Positions 30,600-45,125 of a DNA stretch of 64,000 nt are shown here, piece after piece. A program made the translations under genes and the position numbers. The notes beneath the pieces were generated by a model. The model was not told where the DNA came from. It saw nothing but the letters and a program-made list of their open reading frames with translations, and did no database searches. This stretch comes from the human T2T-CHM13v2.0 reference genome, Homo sapiens, in the NCBI RefSeq assembly GCF_009914755.1, contig NC_060934.1; one strand, written 5' to 3'. How positions within the stretch are numbered: position 1 is the stretch's first letter; each line of letters begins with the position of its first letter.

Positions 30600-30689
30600 G
30601 GCCAGAACCGGGCAGGGCCCAGCCTCTGCTTGGGTGTTCATGGGTTCTTTTGTCTGCAGAGCATTAGGAAGACAAGCAGGGCCTTCAGT

Positions 30690-30910
30690 AGGCATAAGGT
30701 GATGAGGTTCATGCCGTTGGATCCCACGGGTGCCCTGGGGAAGAGATGGTTGGGAAGTCTGAGAGGAAGCAGGAGAGCTTTCGGAGCACATGGATGCCGT
30801 CCAGAATGGAGATGGTTGTGGCTCGGAAGAAAAAGAAATCACGCAGCTCGGAGTCAGGATACATTTGGAGGTCCAGGCCGCCGAGTTTGCTGGTGGGGAA
30901 GATAGGCACC
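30690..30910 (-). mobile_element. L2 remnant
   Basis: minus strand tccgagccacaaccatctccattctggac resembles the L2 consensus tccaagccaccatcatctctcacctggac. Confidence 0.65.
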
Positions 30911-31720
30911 AGAAAGGAAAGAGGACATCCAGGGCAATTTCTTCTGCCCCCCAGCCAATCCGTACATTGTCCAGAGGTAGGAAGAAGTAGCCTCATTTTA
31001 TGGTCAGGATCCTTGGGGCTCAGATGCGTTAAGTAATTGGTCAAAATCTTGCACAAATCCTGCAAGTACAGAGGTAGAAAATGAATCCAGGTCTTTGATT
31101 CCCAAACGTAAGCTCTTTCGCTGTGTCACTTCTCCTCTTCGTTTTCATGCCAGTTCCAAGAATTAACACTGCAGTTAGCTTTCTGTTTCATTTCCCAAGA
31201 TGTACTATGTAACAATGAAGAAACCTTAAGAAAAGGATAGCAATGTCTAACATGGATGCAGGGCCAGCCTCATTCTCTGTCAAAGCGACTAGTTCCTACA
31301 CTCTGGGTTCCAATACAAAGAATGCACATTTATGCAGCAGGAATGGCCCAAGGACCACACATTGCACAGCTCTTGGGAGCAGAGCAGAAAGCTGCGCCAG
31401 GCCTATCTGATCAGTCTTCATGGAAAGGGTCGCAGATCCCATTCGGCTTGGAGATTTTGATGAATTTTCCTTTCTGTGGGTTGGATTTAAAATGTAATAT
31501 TCTTCCCCCAGTTGAAAGTTGAGGACTAAAAGATGGGAAATCTTTTACAAGCTACACTTCTTCCCCACCCTTACTTCCCCTGGAGTTTCCATCAGTAATC
31601 ATCTGAGTGCCCCATTAACTCCCCAAAACCCAAGGTCTGTTGGTGGTGGAATATTGAGCTGAAGAGCAGACTGTTGTAGAAGTCATCAGTTCTCTCTGAT
31701 CATAGTGTCCAAACAAAAAC

Positions 31721-31844
31721 ATTATGGGGGAAACTGGCCCCATCACTTAATTATCTCCCAACAGGTCCTTCTCAAAACACATGGGAATTATGGGAGCTAC
31801 AATTCAAGATGATATTTGGGTGAGGACACGGCCAAACTGTATCA
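31721..31844 (-). mobile_element. THE1/MST LTR 5' fragment
   Basis: atgggaattatgggagctacaattcaagatgatatttgggtgaggacacggccaaactgtatca. Confidence 0.85.
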
Positions 31845-32492
31845 AGTCCCCAATTGAGGGCACCTGCTCCCTGTAGATAATGGCATTTCAGATCTACAAT
31901 GTGGCATTTCCAGACAACTCACTCATTTACGCTGATTGGTGCAAATTTTATTTTAGCCTCCAAACATTTTTCTTCCCCAGTCTGTTAAAAGAAAACAAAA
32001 CCAAAACACCTCTCTCTCTCTCTCTCTCTATTTATAGATAGAAACGCTTACCCATATCATAGCATCAGTATTTTGCTGAAGCCCTGGAGTGTCAGGCACC
32101 GTGTTAGGAACTGAATACAAAAATAAGATGTAAACCAGTCCCTCAAGGAATCTATGGGACTGGTAAGATTAGCTAACCGTGCACCTGGAGGGAATATACT
32201 TAGAAATAACTGCAAATTCTGCAGAAATGCTGAGGGGTTCCCAAACTCGTTTCTGTGAGGCCTGTTAATTGCTGAGTTGTTTTGTCTCTGGTCTGTGGAA
32301 CCCCGATAGTGTGCCCTAGGTCTTTAATTTCTTCATCTCTAAAGAATAGTGTCAATGGAGTCATTGCATGTGTTTATTCATACTTCTCAATGTGGAAGAG
32401 AACTCTCTAGGGTGTAAAACCCTATCCAGGAAGCACATGACAAGTTGGAATCCTCAATGACATGGCATTGCTATAGTTGCTATCGGAACAAT

Positions 32493-32796
<304 letters not shown>

Positions 32797-33412
32797 TGAT
32801 ATTAGGGTGAACAAGTGATTTCATAGCTTTCTCTGAAGGAGGAAACACTGGGAGCATCCACCCGAGAATCAACACTGTGGATCATTCTGGGGAGTTAATA
32901 GTTTTGAGATGTGTCCCAAGATAATTGTTAGCTTGAATTACCACGTGGATGGAACCATGCTGATCCTAAGAGCCAGGTAATGGCCAAAGGTGCCATTCAG
33001 GTGAAATCCCCAGGTGGAAAATTCTTCCACTTCCAATGATAGAATTCTATTACTCTGCCTATAGTTTGGTGAAACAAGACTTTACAAATAGAGGACAAGA
33101 TCCATTTTGCCAAGAACAACCATATGGATTTAACTGCTGCTAACAACCGTTAGGAAGGAACATCAATAAAAAGCAAGCCTGTGAGACAACTCCTTCCCCA
33201 AGGGGCGCTTGTTACAGAGCGCGGGCCCCAGCAGGCCTGGTCCATCCTCCACATTCTTTCCTCTCTGACTTATTTTTACTTTCTGTTTGAATTGGCTTGG
33301 TTTTATTTTGCCCTAAACTGTGTCTGTAGTCATCCCCCGACAGAGTTTTGAGAGTGAAAGTCCGATCTGCCCACGCTTCACAGAACTCAATGCGGAGCCT
33401 TCTCAGGAGTCA

Positions 33413-33424
33413 CTTGACGTCAAG
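33413..33424. promoter_or_regulatory. Full CRE palindrome
   Basis: CTTGACGTCAAG, a 12-bp palindrome containing TGACGTCA; motif match only. Confidence 0.35.
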
Positions 33425-34194
33425 GCTGACTTTTAAATTTGCCAAAAAGGCATTCTTTGGGGAGCGGTCGGCACCATCACTTTCCCTCTTTAGAGAGCTG
33501 CTACTGGCTGCTGGAATTCAAAACCCACAAATTGCATTTCTAAACTTAATTCGATACATAGATGAGCGGAAAGATCAGACATTGATGCTATTGTTTTCAA
33601 CCAAGATGTTTTACTATATCATTTATATTTTGTTTTTTTCTTCCCCCAGTTTTTAAACTTTTTGTTTGTTTGTTTTACAGGCCAAGCCTACTGCTGTTAG
33701 AAAACATATTTAGAAATCACTTGGTTCTTCCTTGCCTGAACATCATCTATTTAGTTAGCTTGTGTTGTTTAGATGTGCTTCAGATCTCAAAAAAATAAAT
33801 TATGTTATTTGAAAGCTTGTTCTCTGCTTGTTTACACTATTAATTTAGAGTCCAGAGGAATCTCTAAATTTGCCTCTAGAAACCACATAATCACCTAATA
33901 ATACCTTTCCTGACTCCACTTTCTGACACAAAGTGACTTTTGAAACGCTTCCATCTTCCCTTTCTATTTAATGTACTGCACTCCACTCTTTTTTCCTTTC
34001 GTTTTTTCTACAGTCCGTCATGGAGTATTTGTTTACCAAATGTTACTTTTCTTGGATCCAATCTATTTTTGAAGAGCGCAAAAGCAAACAACTGTTTGAA
34101 GCTGTCAAGCTTCATTTTATTTATGCATGAATAACACAAATAACTTGAAAATGACCTAGTCTGTTTTTCTCAGATTTAGATAGAAAAACTGCTT

Positions 34195-34290
34195 CCGGCC
34201 AATGTTTATGCCAATTTGTTCATGCCAAGTTTCCAGTTTCGGTGCCAACCGGTTTTTACAGCCAAGTTGTAAACCTTCGGTAAACATGGC
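34195..34290. promoter_or_regulatory. Candidate enhancer: NFI half-site array with GRHL and forkhead motifs
   Basis: five GCCAA, one AACCGGTT, TGTTTA and two GTAAAC in about 95 bp; motif match only. Confidence 0.4.
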
Positions 34291-34623
34291 TTATAATGAA
34301 AAGTGCAACACAGCCTGAACCCTGGCACCAGGGGACGGATGTAAATTTATTCTAAGAACAAAATTCTAACAGGAACAGGAGGGGAGCTAGGCTGGCTACA
34401 AAGTGTTCCCACCGTAATATGGAAAATGTACAGATGATGATATATTTGATTACTAAGATCCCATTAGGCCAATTTAGGCACTTTATGTATTTCCTTTGCT
34501 CTGGACGCTGAGTGGTTTCATGCTCAATTTGAAGCAACTGGCTCATTGTCTCAGGGTGGTTCTAGAACTTTGCCTTCAGGTGGGGCTGGGGAGGGAGCCC
34601 TGGCATTTCAAGACAGGAGGGGG

Positions 34624-35166
34624 TGATATGGTTGGGCTCTGTGTCCCCACCCAAATCTCATGTTGAAAGGTAATCCCCAATGCTGGAGGTGGGCCTGGTG
34701 GGAGGTGACAGGGCCATGGAGGTGGCTCCTTATGGTCTCACACCATCCTCCTGGGTGCTGTCATCCCTATCGTGAGTTCTTGTGGGGTTGGCTTCTCATG
34801 GTCTGACACCATCCTCCTGGGTGCTGTCGTCCCTATGTGAGTTCTTGTGGGGGTGGCTTCTCATGGTTTAACACCATCCTCCTGGGTGCTGTCATCCCCG
34901 TCGTGAGTTCTTGTGAGATCTGGTTGTTTAAAAATGTGTGGCACCTCCCGCGTTGCTCTCTCTTCCTCCTGCTCCAACCATGTAAGATGTGCCAGCCTCT
35001 CCTTTGCCTTCTGCCATGATTGTAAGTTTCCTGAGGCCTCCCCAGAAGCAGAAGCCACTGTGCTTCTTGTACAGCCTGTGGAACCGTGAGCCAATCAAAC
35101 CTTTTTCTTTATAAATTACCCAGTCCCAGGTATTTTTTTATAGCAATATGAGAATGGACTCATACA
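34624..35166 (+). mobile_element. MSTA/MSTB-like MaLR solo LTR with an internal 66-bp triplication
   Basis: tgatatggttgggctctgtgtccccacccaaatctcatgttgaa...gccatgattgtaagtttcctgaggcctcccc...gactcataca. Confidence 0.9.
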
Positions 35167-35239
35167 ATGGGTATGTTCATCTGCATTCATAAAGGTACAG
35201 AAAAAGGAATCAAATGTTTTATTTTAACATCAGTTCAAA

Positions 35240-35880
35240 AATGTCCATCCATGTCAACCTCTTCTCTCCTAATATGTTGCATCCAGTGTGTCCTTTGCAA
35301 AACCTAAAAAAATTATATCCCTCCCATTTATAACCCTCCACAGCTTCCCATTTTCTTCAAGTAAGCCACACACTTCTTCCTGGACCCTCAAGATCCCCCC
35401 TGGACCCCCGAGAAGGCAGGTGTGAAGCCTTTTGTCTATAAACTCATCTATCTCTCTCCACTCCCCAATTGAGCTCTCAAGGGACACTGACATCCTTTCT
35501 GTTTCTGGAACATTCCAAGCTGATCCTGGCTTAGGGCTTCTAGAGGCCCCCTCAGCAGGAAAACCCTTTCTTATCTCCCACTTGGCTGGCTCCTTCTCTC
35601 TGCCCACATCTCACTCAGACTCTGAGAAGCATCCCCCCAAATATTCCATCAAAAACAGCTCCCACCCCCACCCTCCATCCCAATCTATCACGTTGTTGGT
35701 TTTTCTTCATAATGTATTTGAAATTGCTCACTTGCATATTAATTTACTTACTGATCAGAATGCAAATTAGATTCGAATGTCAATTTACAACTGCCTGGAT
35801 GCTTTTTTACCATTTTTCAGCCGTATTCCTAGGACTGAGGTGCACAGAGATTACTCAATACAAACTTGTTAAATGAAATC
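35240..35880 (+). mobile_element. L2 3' region
   Basis: pyrimidine-rich L2-like tract ending ctcaatacaaacttgttaaatgaa. Confidence 0.6.
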
Positions 35881-36537
35881 AATGCTTATTAAACTGATGT
35901 CTCCTGTTTACAGGGAAAAATGCCCAGTGTTACAGGTGCAGCGATGGATGAGCCCCAGTCCAAGAGCTCACGGAAGGGCTGCCTGGGCTGCATACCTGTG
36001 CGTGCAGTCGCAGAGAGCTCGTGTTGGGGTCGCCACAAACCCCCCAGGGCCACAGGGACCCAGGCCTGGACTCCTGGGGGGACTTCTCTGCAGGCGCTAA
36101 GGGGTGGGTGGGTGTCCAGCAGGGAGACAGGGAAGAGGGCGACCCACGCCATACTCACGGTGCTTGTGGCCAACTTGGTCATGGTTATGTACCCACGGGA
36201 CCTGCGGTCCCGGGCAGAGTTCATGGTGTAGCTGTGGTGAGAGTGAGGCCCTGACTCAGTGTCCTGTTGTGTCCAGGTAGAGCTTACTTTTGAGAAGGGA
36301 GCCAAAAGATTCCTTTTGCATAAAAAGTGAGACAGTCCAAGCTGGTAGGGAGCTGGGAGAATGTCATGGGCTTTGAGAGACCTTCATCGTCAGAAGGAAA
36401 ACTTTAAAAAGTACTTACTTCTCATGAGTAGGATGAAGTCCATCACTTCCTGTGTGGTAGATTTCCTTGGATAGTCCTGACTAAGTCAGAGCCAAAGGAT
36501 TTAGAGGTATCCAGGTATCAAAAGAAAACCAATTTCA

Positions 36538-37003
<466 letters not shown>

Positions 37004-37042
37004 TTACTGTCCTGAATCCAGGAACCCCAGTTCCACACCACC

Positions 37043-37409
37043 TGTCATGATCTAAATGTTTGTGTTCCCCCAAAATGCATAGGTCAAAATCCTCACCTCC
37101 AAGGTGATGGTATCAGGAGGTCAGGCCTCTGGAGGCGATGAAGTTATGAGGGTGGGGCCCTCACGAATGGAATTGGTGCCATTATAAGAGAGGCCCATGA
37201 GAGCTCCCTCACCCCTTCCTCCCTGTGAGGACACCAAGGGAAGGCAGGGCTGTCTATGATGCAGAAAGCAGGCCCTCACCAGACACCTGATCTGCTGGAG
37301 CCTTGATCTCTAACTTACAGGCCCCAGAATGGCAAGAAATAAATGTGTGTTGTTTAAGCTGAGATGCAGTCTACGGTATTTTGTTCCGGCAGCCCACATG
37401 ACTAAGACA
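37043..37409 (+). mobile_element. MLT1A-like MaLR solo LTR
   Basis: tgtcatgatctaaatgtttgtgttccccc...gactaagaca; TSD ccacc/ccagc. Confidence 0.88.
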
Positions 37410-37757
37410 CCAGCCTACCAGGCCTTGACATCACAGCATCACAGCACAGGCTATGGCCTGTAGAGGCTCACGTGGTAGGTAGAAGCAAGCCCCTTTCATC
37501 GTGGGCAGGTATCTGCACCGTGTTATGTGTTTGCAAGTTTGGAGTCTGTATGCCATAGTGACAGCCTGGGAATGATTTAGGGAAGAAACAAGGGGAACTG
37601 AGGACTGGGCAGAACTGGTAACCTAACCAGGAGAAATGATGTGTGCGGTCCCCTAAATCAAGAGCTTCCCCTCTGCAGGGCCGCAGGTGCACAGGGCTCT
37701 GCACTCCCAACAGGAGCCCCTTTTCCCATCTGTCCAACCAGGGAGTCTGTAAGGCAG

Positions 37758-37881
37758 CTTTGTTTCTTAGTTTTTGTTTTTATTTGTGAAGATGGGGTCT
37801 CACTATGTTGCCCAGGCTGTCTCCTGGGTTCAAGTGATCCTCTCACCCTGGCCTTTCAAAGTGTTGTGATGACAGGTGTGA
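37758..37881 (-). mobile_element. FLAM / Alu left monomer
   Basis: gatggggtctcactatgttgcccaggctg...acaggtgtgag. Confidence 0.8.
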
Positions 37882-38165
37882 GTTCTTTTGACCCCTCTCT
37901 CTCTCGGCACCTCTGAATTTGGTTAGGGAGGTATCTCAACTGTACAGAGAATTTCATAGGAACCCTAATATCTCGTCCATTGACAGCAAGTGTCCATGCA
38001 CATAGCAAAATATTCTGTCAAACCTCCACTCAGAAAATTTAGTAGTTTCATCACTGTTCTCTAACCTTTCAACAAAACACAAAACCTGTTTCTTAAATAT
38101 AACTGTGGAAAATATTAGAGAACACTCTGTCCTGTTTTTCTGCTGACACAAATATTATTCTTGTT

Positions 38166-38452
<287 letters not shown>

Positions 38453-38469
38453 TTTTTTTTTCTTGTTGT

Positions 38470-39038
38470 GATATGTGTATGCACAAATATGTGTACCATG
38501 AAATATTACTCAGCTTTAAAAAGGAAGAGGATCTTGCCCATTTGTGACAGCGTGGATGAACCTGGAGGACATCATGTTAGGTGAAATAAGCTAGGTGCAG
38601 AGACACAAACACCGCATGATCTCATTTACATGTGGAGTCTAGACATGCTGATTCACAAAAGCAGAGAATAGAACAGAGGTTGCCAGGGTCCAGGAGATGG
38701 GCGGATGGGGGGCTGTTGATCAAAGGGCATAAACTTGCTGTTATAAGAGGAATGGATTCTAGAGAACCAAGGTTCAGCGTGGTGACTATAGTTTACAACA
38801 ATGTACTGTATACTTGGGATTTGCTGAGAAAGTAGATTTTAAGTGTTGTCACGACACACACATACACAAAGGGAAGGTGGTGGACGTGTTAATTAGCTTG
38901 ATTGGGGTAATCATTTTACAATGTATATGTATATCAAAACATCACATTCTACACCTTGAATATATACTATTTTTATTTGTCAATTAATCCTCAGTTAAGC
39001 TGAAATACATTAAAAAATGAAAAAAAAAAAAAAAAAAA
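38470..39038 (+). mobile_element. L1MA/MB 3' end
   Basis: tggatgaacctggaggacatcatgttaggtgaaataagc...atcaaaacatcacatt...A tail. Confidence 0.88.
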
Positions 39039-39807
39039 CTTCTTGGAATCCCAGGGGAAGAGGAAGAGTGCTGGGATGTCTCACGACAGCATGGCTCCGA
39101 GAAAGCATGGCTAAAAGACGCTGCTCTTCCTCGGCTAAGGAGATTTTTGTCGTTCACTTGTTCAACCGGGGTAAGTTCCCTGTTTCTCATAGAGCGATTC
39201 TCCTCCCTCAGTCCTAGGCCGCTAAGACGTCAGGGGAGCTGATACACACTTCCAAGAACACGGAGACATCAAAGGGAGCTGAGAGTCCACAGCGGCAGCA
39301 AAACAGGTGCTGCTTCACATGCCCTTTGCTAAGAGTCCTGGAGTTTGAAGTCTCCACGGCCGATCTAAAAGCAAGTTCCTGAGGAAGGAGCCGGAAAGTT
39401 CTCTGAGACCAGTAGTGGAAGCTAGTCTCTAATAAAACAAAATGTTACCACGCTTCTGGAAAGATTCCACACATCAAACATTGAATAAAAAGGACAATTC
39501 GATTAACTGAGGCTGATTTCTTTTGACAAATTGACTTTGAAAAGGAATTCAGAGCAATAAAAAGGCCACGCCCTGACTTGAAAGCTTTAGCTGCTGGAGG
39601 GAGAATTCACAACGCATTTGCAAGGGGCTGCCGTAATCAACATGTTTGTAAAACAGGATGAAGGACTGCCCATAAATTTCAAACCCAAATGAGCAGAAAA
39701 GCACACAAAGGAGAAAATGATCAATTCAAGGCCCAAATGCCGGCGTCGTGTAAAACGTAACTCATTGAACACACACGCGGTTGGCCCGTGTTGAACATGC
39801 GTGACAC

Positions 39808-40412
<605 letters not shown>

Positions 40413-40999
40413 TCACTCTTTGAACCACTGCAAGCTTCCTTGTATAGCCCCCAAAACACAGGAAAGGCTGCATTTTAGCTGGGCCGGCTTCGAGACCAAG
40501 ACGCAGTTGATGCACTTCACAATGTACTAATTTGTTGTTCACTCCATGAACAAAAACTGAGGCCTACTAGGTTCCCCAGAGCTGCTCAAGATGCCAGAGC
40601 CATGGAGGGGGGTGAGGGGAAGGGCAAGAAGGTGCCCATAGTGCTTATAATGTAGGAAAGGGGGACAGGGACGGGCAGACAGGAAAAGAAGGGAAAAGGC
40701 AAGCAGAGAACAAGGTTGTGAAAAGTGCTCTGTAGCCCGGGCGAGAGAGATGTCGGTGACTCCGAGTAAGGCATGATATCAGCATTACAGGGAAGGGCTC
40801 TGACTCAGTGTGATCTCAAAGTTGATAGGATTGCTCAAAGATTAAGTATTCAGACTAAAAGAAAGAGGGAGGGACCAGGATAAATTAAATTATCAGCTGG
40901 TTTACTGAGAAAACTCAGAGAAGAAGACATTCAGGGAGACACCAAGCCAGGGAGGTGACAAGTATGTGGTAAGATCCGAGCACGCAGAATTTGGGGGAA

Positions 41000-41900
41000 C
41001 AGGACTCTAGACTGCCTCTAGAGAGAGCTGTATTGAAGGCCCTGCGACCCAGCACAGAGAAGGGAATGGTGCTCTAGGTCCCTGCCTCTGCAGAAGACAA
41101 ATCCAGGAAGAGAACCAGGAAACTGCAGAGTAGCCAGCCACATGCGAGAAAAATCTGAAGGAGACGAAAATGTTTCAGGAGAAAGGTACTGAGCAACCAA
41201 GGGGCTTAATGCTGCTAGGTCAAGCAGATTCAGAAGTGAGATGCCACTGCTGGCTCTGGAATCGTGGTGTCCCTGGGGCTTGGCTGGTCAGAGCAGTTTC
41301 CCTGGGACATGGCCAGAGCAGACTTTTGGAGTGGGTGGGGGGTCGGAGAGGACAAGGAAAGGTGATTCCCTAAGGGGTGAGCGCATGAAGATTAGCAAAG
41401 TCGTGGGACTGTGGAGAGAGGTGTGTGTGCAGTGACACTGGGTCTTCCTCTGTTTTGTTTAAATGACAGAGGTTACTAAGCCACGTGGGTTTGTAGATGG
41501 TGATGCTAGAGAAGAGGGACACTCATCCTGCAGAAGGGGAAGGAAAATTATCAGTCACGTTCTTGAGAAGACAAGGAGCGCTTGGCTGGGCTGAAAACGC
41601 AAGGGGAGGATAGGACCTTTGCCGAGGGCAGGACGACTTACAGTGACACGAGGAAGGCACGAGTGAGGGTAGCAACGCCGTGTGCAGGCAGTCACAGTGT
41701 TGGAAAAACCAGGATGTTCCTAAACAAATCTTTTCACTTTCTAATGGAGTGTGAGGAAGGATTGTTAGCAGAGAGTGTGTACCTCTGTTGGGGAGGCCTG
41801 TGGAGTGAGGCAGAGACAGTGAAGGTGCAGGGAGCTGCAGGTGGGAGTGTGGGTGCACCTAAGATCAGGGCCTGAACAAAGTGAAGCTGTCATCACAGTG
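41000..41900 (-). mobile_element. Degenerate L2 remnant (probably continues about 42960-43260)
   Basis: purine-rich L2-antisense-like tract. Confidence 0.5.
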
Positions 41901-41964
41901 GCAGGAAGGGGGAGGCTACCTTCCCTTCCTGATTCCACTGCTGAGTTACAGGCATGGTTGGGAG

Positions 41965-42154
41965 CCTAATCCTAACCCTAACCCTAACCCTAACCCTAAC
42001 CCTAACCCTAACCCTAAACCCTGACCATAACCCTGAAGCCTTACTATGACCCTAACCTTAACCCTAATGCTTAACCCTAACCCCAACTCCAACCCCTAAG
42101 CCTTAACCCTAACCCCTAACCCTAACCTCTAACCCTAACCCTAATGCTAACCCT
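41965..42154 (-). repeat. Interstitial telomeric sequence, (TTAGGG)n on the minus strand
   Basis: about 8 perfect CCTAAC units at 41971-42017, then degenerate units. Confidence 0.95.
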
Positions 42155-42244
42155 CGGTGGGTGTGGATGACATTTTGACCAGGGTTGGGATTTGCCAGGG
42201 GAGTTCAGCCAGAGAGAGTTGGGCAAGGTGAGATGAATAATATT

Positions 42245-42900
<656 letters not shown>

Positions 42901-43357
42901 GGTTAGCTTCAATATAGAGAATCTATTCTGCCCAGTCATTTGTCAAGATAAACCTGGGGGCTCTATTTCTATGGAACATCAGTAGGAAGGGCAGGGAGGG
43001 GAAACCACTCATCTTCTTAGGGAAGATAACAGTGGGTGAGGAGAAAGAATGAGGCTGATGGATTGAGGCATCGGTGAGTTCAAAGATTTGCTCCAGCTGA
43101 AGTACAAGATTCCAGGAAGAAGAGATTGTGGTGGACGGGCCTGGGGCCTGCAAAGCTGACATTCTGGTAGCAGCGTTTGGAGTCACAGAAGGGAAGTTAT
43201 TGGAGGTAAAGAGGCCCATGGGCCCTGGCGGGACTCATGGAGAGCCTGGAAAGAAGTGAGTGTGGGAGGAACATTTTCTCAAAGCGGCCTCTGGTGTTTA
43301 GAATGGAAGGAATTTTGGATTCCCCTCTGTCGTCATCCAGCTAAAAATTTTGAAGAC

Positions 43358-43657
<300 letters not shown>

Positions 43658-44779
43658 CACTGAAGACATTTTAATTGTGCATTCATTCACTCAGCAGACA
43701 TTTATTGAGTTCTAAATATTCTGCTAAGCCTTAAAAATCCGTTAATGAGAGAGCCTTCACCTCTGGTTAACAGACATTGCCAGTTAAACAGACGCTATCA
43801 GCCTTGTCCCCCAGCCAGTAGTCAAAGCTGTTGTTAACAACAGTTGCCATCACAACTGATTTTAAAGTTAAACATTCCATCCATTTCTCTAGATATCAAA
43901 GGCACACCGTAATAAACGCATCTAGATGCTGCTGTATGGACGGTCACTTTTGCTAACTGATTGAGTTTCGCAGAAGCCCTTGTGTGCTACTGTCACAGCC
44001 TTGACTGGCAATTTGTGTGAATACCTGACTCTGAGTCACAGGACGGAACGGATGGATATGTGGTTTTCATCTGACAATTTATTTTTGTGGTGGTTCACTC
44101 ACTACAGGGCTTTTCAACTGGTGCATAATTTAGGTTAAAGTTTCTGAGCAGCTCTGGACTGCAAAAGGGCCTCCCTTCACTGAGCAGATGTATATGACCC
44201 CGTGCTTCTCCGATTCATACCAAACTTCAGAGAAACTCCGGGAAAGGTTCCTTCTGTATTTATGGATGAGAATTATGTGAAGCCTCTACAACCATCGTAG
44301 TTCATATCTCCAGAGAGGTAAAGGAATGCTAACAGAACAAGTCACTGAAAAGGGAGACTTGGCCAGTGACAATCAGGCTTCTCAGCTTCCACAGTGGCTG
44401 CAAACCAGTTTGAGCAGATTTCTGTTTGGCCCTTTCTCGGTAGGCTCTACCTCATGAACACCAACCTTTGCATCTGGCACGCTCCTTTTTCAAAGGCATG
44501 TCATAGCGGTAAAATAATTTAGTTGCAAAGTAGAGTTCTAAAATAGAATACAGTAGAATTTAATAGATTAAGACATTGTGGACTATATTATAATTGAATA
44601 GTAGGGATAAAATAGAAAATATCGGAGACTGTGTCTTGCAACATGAGTAAGAGGAGTTTGATGAAATTAGGTGGGAAATCAAAATTCTAGCCAGGTGAGG
44701 ACCAGGGTGGGGTTTAAAGGGAGCAGTCGCTGTCTATACAAATTTCTTATTCCTGTTTTATATAGAAACTGGGAGATTT

Positions 44780-45125
44780 TCCCCCCTCTCTTCCTTTCTT
44801 CTTTTATCTTTTCTTCCTTCATTTCTTTCATTTTTAAACTTTCATTCTTTTTTCTGTTCTTTTTATCCATCCCCCCCCTCCCTTTCCCTCCCTCCTTGCT
44901 TTTTTTCTTTCCTTCCTTCCTTTTTCTCTTTTCTTTTTCTTTCTTTCTTTCTTTCTTTCCTTCCTTCCTTATTTCTTTTCTTTCTTTCTTTTCTTCTTTC
45001 TTTCCCTCCCTCCCTCTCTCCTTCCTTCCTTTCTTCCTTCCCTAGCTCCCTCCCTCTTTCTTTCTCTTTCTTTCTTTTTCTCTCTCTCTCTCTCTCTCTT
45101 CCTCCACCTCTCTCTTTCTCTTTTA
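44780..45125. repeat. Long CT-rich low-complexity tract
   Basis: nearly pure pyrimidine mosaic of TTTC, TTCC, CCCT and CT units. Confidence 0.9.

Noticed and set aside
30709-31065. Minus ORF resembling an LRR plus LRRcap motif (KLGGLDLQMYP..RDFFFFRATTISILDGIHV)
   Set aside because: The DNA resembles the L2 consensus and the conserved LRR Asn is missing; the resemblance is probably coincidental. Kept only as part of the speculative exon chain.
33195-33212. CTCF-like motif (tccccaaggggcgc), and similar near-matches around 7110, 24380 and 30420
   Set aside because: Each misses core positions; such near-matches are expected by chance in 64 kb.
34718-34915. Repeat arrays as CRISPR-like structures
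   Set aside because: Units are directly tandem with no unique spacers, in a eukaryotic LTR context.
42155-42180. Possible telomerase RNA (TERC)-derived fragment beside the ITS (ggtgggtgtggatgacattttgacc)
   Set aside because: Similarity to the recalled TERC 5' region is short and gapped; not supportable without an alignment.
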